From Takakia lepidozioides (Eukaryota > Plantae > Bryophyta), in assembly GCA_030704615.1 (NCBI GenBank), contig CM060733.1:28830001-28894000 (forward strand): a stretch of 64,000 bases of DNA, written 5' to 3'. This document shows, in pieces, positions 11,099-22,500 of this stretch (the stretch's first letter is position 1; every line of letters begins with the position of its first letter). Both the position numbers and the translations under genes were made by a program. Under the pieces are notes generated by a model that worked only from the letters and a program-made list of their open reading frames with translations, made no database searches and had not been told where the DNA came from.

Positions 11099-11995
11099 AT
11101 GTCGATGTCAAAGACCTCCAAGATGCTGCTGTACATAAATTATCGAATGCGGGTGACGATACAGGATGGACGGCAGCTGGTTGGCAAGTTCATGGCATTC
11201 GATCGGCATATGAATCTGGTGCTTGGGGACTGCGAGGAGTTCCGGCGTGTGCCACCGAAGAAGGGGAAAACCCAAGAAGAAAAGGAGGAGAGACGGACTC
11301 TAGGGCTGCTGTTGCTGCGCGGAGAAGAGGTAATCTCCATGACCATTGAGGGACCACCTCCGCAGGAAGAATCGCGGGCAAAGGCAACAGCAGTGGCTCA
11401 AGGAGGCCCAGGAATTGGTCGGGTTGGAGGGCGAGGAATCCCCACCGCTCCTCTTGGTCAGGCGCAACCTGGACTCTCTGGTCCTGCGAGAGGAGTCGGG
11501 GGCCCAGCTCCTGGAATGATGCAGCCGCAGTTAACAAGACCCCCAGTTCCCCAGGTTTCAGCCGGCCCTGTGACCTACAGTGCCCCAGCACAATCTCCCA
11601 TTCCTGGAGTTCGCCCCCCTGGTCCTCCTGGAGGTTTTCCTCCCCGGCCAATGCAACCTCCACCTGGTGCACAGTCTGGTATGCGGCCTCCTGGTCCTGG
11701 CCAAATGATGGGCGGGCAGCCTGGCGGCCCTCCACCACAGTATGGAGGCCCCCCTGGTTCCAGGCCTGGAATGCCACCACCTCCACCTCAGATGGGAATG
11801 CCTCCTCCTTACGGACAGAGGCCTATGGGTCCACAGATGATGCGAGGTCCTCATCCTGGAATGCGAGGCCCAGGTATGCCCCCTGGAATGGGAGGTCCGG
11901 GTGGGCCGCCCAGACAGGGACCTCCGCCCCCTGGTATGTATGGCGGTCCACGGCCTGGTATGGGCCCACCACCTCAGCAGCAGCAGCAGCAGTGA
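11099..11995 (+). CDS. SmB: Small nuclear ribonucleoprotein-associated protein B/B' (Sm domain plus Pro/Gly/Met-rich tail), single coding exon
   Basis: MSMSKTSKMLLYINYRMRVTIQDGRQLVGKFMAFDRHMNLVLGDCEEFR...RRTLGLLLLRGEEVISMTIEGPPP is near-canonical plant SmB. Intact 298-aa ORF. Confidence 0.97.
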   Translation: MSMSKTSKMLLYINYRMRVTIQDGRQLVGKFMAFDRHMNLVLGDCEEFRRVPPKKGKTQEEKEERRTLGLLLLRGEEVISMTIEGPPPQEESRAKATAVAQGGPGIGRVGGRGIPTAPLGQAQPGLSGPARGVGGPAPGMMQPQLTRPPVPQVSAGPVTYSAPAQSPIPGVRPPGPPGGFPPRPMQPPPGAQSGMRPPGPGQMMGGQPGGPPPQYGGPPGSRPGMPPPPPQMGMPPPYGQRPMGPQMMRGPHPGMRGPGMPPGMGGPGGPPRQGPPPPGMYGGPRPGMGPPPQQQQQQ

Positions 11996-13148
11996 GGTCT
12001 TTTTGAAGAGTCACATTGTGACCCATGTGCAGGATGCGGTAATTATGGTACTGGTGATGTTACAACTGCTGCTGCCAGGAGCTGAGATGTGAAACAATGG
12101 GTAGATCGATAGGATAAGACGAGGCTGCAAGACATTGTGTTTTGATGCATTACAAAGGGAGTGTCCATGGTTGAACTAGGGTTTATGCTAACAGTTGTGG
12201 ACAAAACAGACTGATGGTGGTCCCAGTATTGACGTTTGATTCTGTAGCATGTTTGGTATCACCTCACTGTAATGATAGCATGTCGACTGGATTTTGTTTC
12301 TACCTTTGGTCAGGGGGAGGGGACGATCTTTAGCCGAAAATTGCATTCTAAGTAACGACAGTCAGTGATACTGGTGCTGCTGTCTTTGTTGAACGGGACC
12401 CTTAAGCTCGTCAGTCATTGCGACAATCCCAATAGGCATTGGCAATGGCCACCTGACAAGCAATCAAGCAAGCGTGACCAAGTGGCAACTTCTCTTCTGG
12501 CTTGTCCATCTCCTTCCCTCCCATTGACACAGTTGCAGTTACATGTTGGACGACCTAAAATTTGGTTTTTGACATATCTATCAAGGTACAGTCATCTTGT
12601 GATCCATAAGGGAGACCATAAGAGAAAAGTCTGTGCTATTCCCCACCGGACTTGTATTGTAAGGCCTGCCTTGCCCTGAGGAGACTTGGGATCTTCATTA
12701 GAAGTGACCAGCATGCTGGCGTGCGATTGTCAGGTTTCTGGTATTTTAGAGTTGTAGAAGCCTTCAGCGGTTCTTCGAACTTATGCTGTGGCTCATGTGA
12801 ACAAGTGTAGCAGTGTAGGGTTTCTCTTCAGAGGCCAATTAGTTCACAGTTGATCAGAACATGCCTGATGTTCCGTTTTGTCTATGCAGGCCCATTAAAA
12901 TTCTCGTCACGGTGTTATGTTTTGTAATAGGGTGGGGTTTGGGATTTATTGCTTTTAATGTGGACATTGTAATTGGCTGGGACCCTGGCAAAGTATTCTG
13001 AGAAGTTAGTCTTTTGCAACTGAGAACCTCTGTCCATTATAGGAGCATCAATGCATTTTTCTATTTGCAAGTATTCCCCAGGAGTTTGAGAACAACTTAC
13101 TGTCTTCACTTGAGAGCAATGCCATGCAACTGTTCTGTTCATTTACAG

Positions 13149-13401
13149 GTTTGGGCTAAACACATGGCTGCCTGCCTCCACAGAGACAGTCCTCTGGGAG
13201 AAACAATCTTGGAATGCTATATTTGTGGCTGCCGCAATGTATTCTTATTGGGGTTTATTCCTGCCAATTCTGAAAGTGTGTTGGTACTCCTGTGCGCTGG
13301 AGCCTCTCTTGAGAGTGAATGGCTTGAAAGACATGAATTGGGATCTGAGCAAATGGCTATCCCTGATCGACGGTCACTGTTTTATGCAATGTTTAGTAAA
13401 G
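13149..13401 (+). pseudogene. UPF1: Isolated, frameshifted UPF1 (NMD helicase) exon from the CH zinc-binding domain
   Basis: [30 protein letters not shown]...VLLC[frameshift][23 protein letters not shown]...LVK, flanked by ttacag| and |gtgagt. No other UPF1 exons were found. Confidence 0.88.
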
Positions 13402-16005
13402 GTGAGTACTCTAATCCATCTACATGGTTGATTATTGTTATCAGATGCACGTGGTCTGAGGGTGGAAAGCTGCCTACACCTGATGATCCTTCTTTTGTTT
13501 TTGATGCTGCCTCCGCCATCAGTACTGCTCACATCCCCTATTGGTGGGTGAACAATGCAACTCTTGGTGTGTATAGAGTGCAAGCTCCTTCGAGGTTTTA
13601 CAAGAATCAGGGAACACAGCTTTTTACAGAAAACAACACTCCTCCTTGTACAGGGTAAGCTTCTACAGTTTTGTTGTTTATCCATTTACTCAATGAAGCC
13701 AGTTGAACTCTCTCTCAAAGCCCTCCTGAGATAAAAGTTTTGTTAGAAAACTGCTTTACAAACACTTCAGGAAAGCAAAGTGGTCAGACGACAGGAAGCC
13801 CATGCTTTTATAAGCAACTTGAAGCGTGAGGCACCTCTACCCCGGCCTGGGCAGGCCGAAGGGCAGGAAGTCAAGAAGATGATGAAGAGGCCAAAGGAGG
13901 CCCAGAAGATGACTCTCAGAATGCAAGAAGCCCAAGTCAAGCAGTTCTCCAGCCAACAAAGCATGGGGTGCATCCGAATTAGTGACCGAGGGTGTCAAGC
14001 CGTGGTCACATTCTTGAAAACATAAGAACTACCACGGGATGAGCCCTTCCCCTGTATAAAGAACTAATGGGCATAGTCAGGTTACTTTTCCTGTGATAAA
14101 AGAGAACAGTACAATCCATTATGGAAGCCTTTCCCTGAACTGTCTACAGTTAACCATAAGAGAGCCACAGGTGTCTTGAATGAGAACCCTTGCAAAAACA
14201 TTTGCAGGAGTAACTTGGATGCTTGGGTCAGATCGCAATAGGAGCCACACAGATTTGCTGATACTTGTAATAGAAGTACTGCATCACTCTTTGTTTCATA
14301 GCAGATATATCAATTGAGAGCCAATATGTAGCCCAAGTTTCATTTTAAGAAAATTTCGCCAGTAGGAAGATGGCATGACCAAGAGTGGAGGGGTAGAAGG
14401 TAGAGGAAGGACAGAGGGAACAAGGGGGTGGACAGGACTTCAAACCAATTGGTAACACCATTTCATTGCTATTATGGTTGATGAAACTTTGAAGATTGTT
14501 GAATTTTTTTTCATTGACTCGTTAAGTACATCTGTTGATTGCGTTACCCAGCTCTATTGCACTCTTGTGTACCCTGTAAAGCTTGGATGATTTATGTGTA
14601 TGCATGCTGCAATATAATCCTCAATGGGGAGGCAATTGTCGAAGCAAGTCCAGATCTGTGCGGCTTGCCATGCACAAAAATCAATTGCAGAATTTCAGTT
14701 AGAGCCACTGACAGAATTTGTATGGGTAGCTGTTTGAGCAAAAAGAGGTGGCCAGAAGTGAAAAGAAATGTGCAAAAGAAGGTTGCGTAGAAGAAAAAAC
14801 AGAACTGGAAGATTCCTTGCAGTCTAAGGGGGCCTTCGCACTGCGTGGGAAACCCGTGACTTATCTACTGCTAGGGAAGCGTACTGAAATACAAAGGAAA
14901 ATTTTCCATCAGTTATTTGCTATTCGCCAAACTGTAGTATGGCACTACACTACAGATACAAAAAGTAAAATGTTCCTGATTCAAGCATTCCACAATGGTC
15001 AGTTGGCCAAAAACTCTAGTCCCCTATGTCAGCCTGCCCATAACCAAATTATCTCAAGTCAATTTTGGATCCAACATACCCTGGGCGGAGCTCAAGGAGC
15101 TTTATTCCTGCCTCCATGAAGCCAAGGGGTGTATCTACCATGGAGGCTAACTTCTGGAGGTTTGCAGTTATGGGGCGATTGGAGACCAACTTCTGCTTCA
15201 TCTTGTCATTTCCTACATGATTTCCTCATCACCTTGAGTTCATAGGGCATGCAGGAGTTAAGTAGGTTGAAACTTTGGTCCTTCAAGGATTGACAACCAC
15301 AATGATTTTGTGCCCACATCACTGCTTCAAAGAAGCTAAGGTCCTTCCAACCACTGGGCAGCTTCTGCATAGCCTTGTTTGGCCTCATTCACTTGACCTG
15401 CTTGAACCCTCAGGTCTCAAGCAGCTGCTTGGTTGTACGTCACATTTGAATGGACATGAAACACACAGAGAGGCACACATTGCACCAACAAACTAGACCA
15501 CATGCAATTGGTGCTTGTTACTGGGATGGTGCCCTCCCATTTTGTTAGGAGCGTTGCTGCTCCTACGTGTTTAGCCAGGTTCTCCACATTCCTGCAGGCA
15601 AAACGAATGTCATTTCAACCACCACATGCCATGTACTTCCACCAAAGACAATCAAAGTGCAGTTCTAATGAATGTCCTGATCCACAATGGGAGAAGTAGA
15701 GATGCAGATGAGTAGCCTTCCGAGAATTTGAAACTCTCTCAGGAAAACCATTACAAGAACATTCATTCAGAGGATGAGGCATCTTTGTGGTGGTAAGAAA
15801 GATAGTTCATGCATCCTTCTTCCCAAAATTTCAAAGCACCTGATAGGCAGGTGACTGACTTAATGCACTAGACATTAATGTACTGGACACCCCCCTTCCA
15901 GCTGGTTTGACAGTGTGGTGTCGGGAAGGGGACTGTGGCCCCATTTTGGGGTGAATTTCACATTAGTCTATCTTCTGTAAGAAATAAACATACCATATGA
16001 CCCTG

Positions 16006-17570
16006 TCAGTCAAATTGCTGCCGAAGTTGCATCTCAGTTTCACTTTTCCATGATGAGTGTGTGGACTGCCCTTTCATCCGCTTGCTATGCTCCTTGTCCT
16101 TTATCTTAGACCCTCTCTTCTTCTCTCCACCCTTGGCACTTGAATCCTCCAACACAGCTGGCCGGTCTCTACATACTGGGCACACCATGCCTTCCTTCAA
16201 CCCTGAATATGTCTTTGGCACTCCACACTTCAGGCACATCCTGCCAACCAACAAATCCCAGCCTACCTAAGAACATATCCATTTCCTAGTACCTTTTGGA
16301 GTGTATCCCTCCAGAGCCAATCATGAATATACAACCCACCAGAAAATACGAATTAGGTGATCAGCCTTGGCATATGCATTTTCTCACCAGGTACACCTTG
16401 GACTATTCTCACTGTATCCCCCTGGATCATTGTCTCTCCATGTGTCTTTTTATGCAATATAGTAGAACAGTACAGCTAAGTACTCGATGGAGCAAGGTTG
16501 AACCTTGAGGTGATTGAAAACCCTAAAGAGTATGGTGTTGACTTCAGTTGTCTGTGTGTGGATGTATTTACCCCCTTCAAACAAAAGGAGGAAACGGCTT
16601 GGTACCTGAGGAGGTTTGCGGCATCCTCAAGGGGGGGAAATCCTGCTCCTGGAGCACGACGTGCTCCTTCCTGGGATGTGTCATGCACATGATCATGGAC
16701 ACCCACAAGTTGTGCTCTTGCTTCCAGCACCGCCCCTGCTCCCACCATCTCGAAGTGTTAGCAAAGCTTTCTGAAATCAAACACCTTTCTCAAGGCTAAC
16801 AGCAGACAGCTTCCAAATTATGCTTGTTCAGAACAAACAAGCACCCATATTAAAATCTCAGATACACTCATCAGATCAAACCAAACTGTCATACCAGTAG
16901 GAGGAGGTCGCCGTTCCTGGGATTCATTGGCTGCAGGATACCCAGTAGAATGCTCCAAAAGAGAGTAGATTGTTGCTGATGATGGCCTTTGAGACAGAGG
17001 GAGATATGCAATCTGCTCTGTAGCACCGCTCTTCAGAAACTCAGGAGGTCCTGTTACCTGGGAAAATTATCCATGTCCTTGTCACCAATAAAACCAGATA
17101 CTATTCTAGACATACATCCACACCATGGACTCTTGGTTTGTTAATTCAAAACTCTGGTGCTCCCAAAAAGCACTCCTTCAATTCTGTTGGCATTTTGTTT
17201 AGAATGAAAATGATTGCAGTCACCTGCATCCTAGCCACCACTTTCTTTTTTGACAAAATCAAACATCATACTAAGCTTTTCTAAGGCACTATGATTCATG
17301 TCACATAGAACAGCCAGGGTTCCCTAAGGCACTCAGATCTTGACACACAAGAGAAATTTGCGCTATGCTAGAGAAAAAGACCTCAGCAAACACATCAGTG
17401 GGAGATGGCAGTAAGGATGTTGGCCTCAGTGGACCAGCTGGCTGTGGTTTGCTTGGCACATCTGGCAGCAACACCTCTGTCTCCTCTTCCGACCCCTCAG
17501 AATAGCTATCAGCCGGCAACCTTTGCTCATCCTCCTCGGATGAATATCCTTGCACTAATGCTAAGCTCAT
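16006..17570 (-). CDS. Conserved plant uncharacterised protein (238 aa), N-terminus reminiscent of UPF0690/C1orf52, C-terminal CxxC...CxxC ribbon
   Basis: Four exons (17570-17382, 17057-16895, 16735-16606, 16240-16006) with GT-AG sites and consistent phases give an open frame: MSLALVQGYSSEEDE...LPSPTDVFAEVTGPPEFL...CLKCG...CPVC...WKSETEMQLRQQFD*. Confidence 0.85.
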
Positions 17571-19568
17571 CTGCTTGCAAACAATGAAAAGCTCAGTTTT
17601 AGTAGTGCGGGACAAAAGGTCGGTCCATCTCTTTCTTTGTCGTTTTGTATTCTGATTCTCTCCACCATTGCCACATTCATGCCTCAGACCTCAAGCGGAA
17701 TCTCTTTCACGGTATGTACTTGGCTGTGAGAAACTGTAACATTTCCATATGAAGACTTGCACCTAACTGTGAACTCCATGCTTGCCAATAGTGCATTCAA
17801 CTGCTTAGTACAAGTGAAATACATCTCTCCATCACCGTCACACCTCATTTTGACAGGTTAATACCGACCTATCCAAAATCGACTATGCATAACACGGTAG
17901 CTATTGAACCGCAAGTAAATTTAGGAGTGACGTGCCCACAGAGAAGCTGTTTTCCATGACTGCTCCCGGAGCTGGAGCACTATTTTGTCGTTCCATAAAA
18001 GGATCATGGCACTCCCCTCCCCCATTTCCCAATGGGCCGTTTGCTTGAAAAGAGAGCATCGGGATCACCAGCCGCGGCGCAGTTGTTTTATCGTATCCTA
18101 AATTTCTCTTTGAGGAAATTCGTCATTTGGAGTCTTGAAGGAATGAATCCCCAGTGAGAGGGGAATTGGGTTGCTACGACCTAGCTTCCAAAGTAGAATA
18201 CTTAAACCCTGTAGTTTTATTGGGGGCGTCCTCTGTCCTAAAGCTTGCTTCATAGCTGCAACTCTCCAACTGAGCAAAGCAATCCCACCCATTTCCGAAA
18301 ATAGGGACAGAGTGAGCATGGCACCTTCGAAATTGCACCCCACAGGATTAGATCTTCTTCACCAATGCTCCTTATCGAGACTCCCTCTTTGATCCTGCAG
18401 TCAAACCGCAAACTTATATTGCAAAGATGACGATCGCTGCTGCACACCCACCAACATTTTGACCCAAAACGTGCATCAATATTATACGCGTATCAGCTCC
18501 AGTCTGTGTCTCACGTGAGGGCAAATGACGTCCCTGTGTTTCAATCTTATTAGCAACGATTAACTCAAGAAACCAGGGCTAATTATAATACGATTGGGAA
18601 CGAGCACCGAAATGTATGTTTTCTCGTACAAATGTAGGGCCCAAAATGTGTCAGATTCTCTTCGTCAATCTCCACACATAAGAAATGTCTTGGACAGACC
18701 CCTTACTGAAGTAATGTTTCTGGGTTGAAGAGCTTACCATTCCAGATGATGACTATCGCATTGTGCCCTCCACCCTCGCGTGTCTCAGGAATTTCAAGCA
18801 CTGCCAGTTGTAGCACTGGTATCATCTCCTCGAATCTCGGTTGCCTTCTCCCTCACTTCATTGCGAGATTCAAGCTCAGGAAACGGTTCCAAAAGAACAG
18901 GTTCCAGTCTAACTCACATGATTTTTACGTCTGACTTCTCTTTTCTTGGTCTGAAAGACAGAAGAAAGAGGCAGAAGAGAGAAATTAAATCGTCCACGCA
19001 AGGATCAGAGGGTTTATGGAACACAGTAAGCAACGAGAGACGGCTGACAGAGAGATAAAGAGATTGTAGTCCTTGCCGACGACACTGGAGCCTTCTTACA
19101 TTCCAGGCACAATGAGCGTTCACAATCTCCTTTTGACAATGCTTATGGGGTTTTCTGCAAAATCCTCAGAGGTGATTGGATAAGTTACTCTTGGTCGGTT
19201 GTCACGCACACAATTGACGTCTTGGTAAGGGATGTCGGTTGAGTTAGTGACCCGTCTTTCCATGTCAAGACCTTCATGTTTTCATAGGTTCAGGCAGTTG
19301 TATGTATTGGTACTAAAAATCGCCTTACATCACAGGAAACATCTCTAAATGAACTGTTCAACAACACAGTGAGAGCGCTGTGATAATGTTCAATCTGGGA
19401 AGACCAAAACAGCCTGACTTTGCGGGTTTGGGGACGTGACGATGGATTGTAGGTCTGTGCCAAGGCTTGGGGATTGGGCCTTGTGGCTTGTAATGTAGTT
19501 TATTGCGTCAGTCAGTAGCTTCTAGCCAGCTGAAAAAGTGTTGGTGTATGTGTTTGGACAGTAGAGCA

Positions 19569-22500
19569 ATGACGGCTTCAATTGGGCAGACGCTGCTGAT
19601 TGCTGAAAATGATCTCAGGAGCGATGACACCAGTAAGGAAGGCGTCCCTTCTTTGCCTGAGAAGCGCGTCGTGGTGAGATTACTTTTCCATGATGAGGTC
19701 CATTTTTTAAAAATTCTTGAAGGAGGTGGATCACAGTAATGAGGGGTCCATCACCTCTGTCGGTCCCCCATTCAGCTCCTTCTTTTGCCCAATTTTGATA
19801 TGGAGTTATGAATTCTAGGGTGGGTGTCACTATCACTTACCACTACATATTGCTTCCAAGATAGATCTCTGAATACAGATATCCAAATCCTGACACGGGA
19901 TTTGGTGAACTTATGGTTGAAAGTTCAGAAACATCTGCTGTCATTCAAAATTCTCACTTGACCCTCAAATTTCAAATGCTAGTGATTGACAGCTTGGATA
20001 TTACAGGTAGGCTGTGGAGGGGCAGCAGTGGATTTCTTGGCCAGTGTAGCATCATTTCCACAACCTGACGAAAAAATCCGGACAACTGAACTGAAAGTAA
20101 TCCTCTCTTACTCTGTTTTAAGCATAGGACCTATGTACGACGGACCTTGTGTTTGTTCCAATGATTGGTGCCTTGTCCAAGAGAGATGAGAGTCATGACT
20201 ATTACTGGATATAGCTTTGAGAGAAAACCAAGTGCTTCGAGTGATTTTTCCATTTACGCCTAAAAGCCTTTTGATCCACTTGAACAGGATAAATCCCTAG
20301 AAGAAATCGTGAAAATTGTCAATCTCCGAACAAGACAATGGTGGTGTTAGACAGAAATATGAGCGAGGGCATCTTAATCAATTACAAGCTGACAAGAGTT
20401 GAGTCATAAAATTCCCGATGAGTGATCCAGGGTGATCAACGCAGATCTTGTATTTTTGGAGGTGGGGGTAATATGAGGACCTTTGGGGCTTCCAAGTTTA
20501 AGGTGAGGAATTGAGCTACAGAATTGTGCGATATCAATCCAGCTGTTACTCCTACTTAATCTTGTGCCACATGTTTTGAAAGGTTTTATTGTGTAGATAA
20601 GTGGGGGGCTTTGTTTTCTTCTTTGCAGGTACAAGGAGGTGGTAATGTTGGCAATGCGCTTACAGCAGCTGCACGGCTGGGGCTGAATGCCAGAGTATTT
20701 ACCAAGGTAATGTGATTATCTCAACTGCAATTGTATTGGAGACTACAACCTCATTCTCCAGTCCCTGTGAGCATTGGGAGCTGCTAGAGAAGACAAAAAG
20801 GAAGAAAGGAACTTTACAAGAGACAATAGTGTCTGTCTCGGATCTCTTAATACATAGGACTGGAGAAGATACGTTAGTCTGTCTGTACATCCTGGAACAG
20901 ATCCTAGAGATAACAAGAAGAAATGAAATGAAATGATACTTTATAGTGTCAGCAGGAAGCTTTAATGGCTTATGGGACGAGAAAGCATGAAACAAGAAAG
21001 AGAGAGGGGCTCTCCACAAGCAGCCCAAAAACCAACTATTGCTCAAGGGGATTGTCTAAGAGTCAGCACCTCATGCAGGTGTGCTGCTAAGCATTTCTGA
21101 TCCTCTTAATGGAAGACCTCCATGAGAGATTGGGTATAACAGAATAGACAATACGGATCTCATAGTAGAAAGGACAGTGAAAGAAGAAATCTTCTTCACT
21201 TTCGATTTTCCTGTTGTTCCTACGCAAGGAGGGCATAGGCGGCCGGCCCGCAGACTGTGGGATCCCACCCTAAATATCCCCAATGCCCTTCAAAGAGAGG
21301 TAGATAGAGCTGCAGACAGGTGTTTGGGCCGCAAGATTCTATTGACACGGAGGACCAAGAATGTCTCCCGATGGAACTGTAGTCTTGTTGTGAGATTGAT
21401 TGGCTGGTTTCCATGTCCGCCTGACGTGAAGTTCCGTAAGTTCTTGTCTGATGCATGTATTGCAGTCTTTACAATGAGAGGATGTACTCATAATGTTTGC
21501 CGTAGCCTTTACAATGAGAGATTGTACTCATAAGACGTTGTTTGCCGTAGCCTTGTGGCCATTGACCCCGCGCCCAGTTTGAGCGGGAACAAAAGGAACA
21601 GAACCTACCTCTGTCAGGGGCTGACGTTGGTAGTAAGACTTACCTTCATATAAAGAATTAATCCGGGTTTTCCAGATATCCTCTAGAAATCCCTTCACAC
21701 AAGCATCAATCTGCTGTGTGTGATTTGCCCAAAAACTAGGCCTCAGGAGGGCCTGGGCTTTTGGCTCAGCCTCGAGACTTTCAAAGTTGGTAAACAGGGG
21801 TACAGGCACAATTCCCTTGATAGAGTTGAAGAGAGCGTCTCTTTGGTGAGAGAACCCCGGACAGTGTATCAGAAAATGAATACTGTCTTCAGATTGCCCA
21901 CACAACGGGCAATTGCACTCTCCCTTTCCTCTCTGCTTCTGTTTGCTGTTCAAAGGTAGGCTTCCTGCCCTGAGTTTAAATTTCAGTCTAGTGCCGAGAG
22001 TGGGTAGACCCTTGAGGTCATCCAAGATGTCCTCCCCCATGTCACTGACTGGAAACAAGTTCAGGGAAGTTTTCTGCCTAACTTCATTTTCATCAGACAA
22101 TCTCATGGCAACAGACATGGCTTTGGACACTACAGCCTCTAAGTCAGATTTATCCAGCAGGGTCAAGACTTGCGGATCCAGGTCCAGGTCCTTGAGAATC
22201 TCTTCTACTCTCTTCTGCCAGGACTTAGCCTGTTTGACAGGGCGGTCCTGTTTCCAAGATATAGAGTCGATGAGAGAGGGAGAGAGGAGGGAGAGAGGAG
22301 CACAGAGGGTTAGCAGGAAAGCTAGTTCTATGCATACCACATTACAGTAGAGGATAAATCAGGGATCCAGTAATATGGCCTCTCAGGCACACTTCCTTTG
22401 GGCTACAGGTATCAAATGATGGGCCAGGAAAGCAGATATTGGCAGAGCTGGAAGGCGACGGTGTCGACACATCTTGTGTTGTGGTAAGACCTGGCCAAAA

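Noticed and set aside
11190-11854. Antisense ORFs over SmB
   Set aside because: They are shadows of GC-rich Pro/Gly codons.
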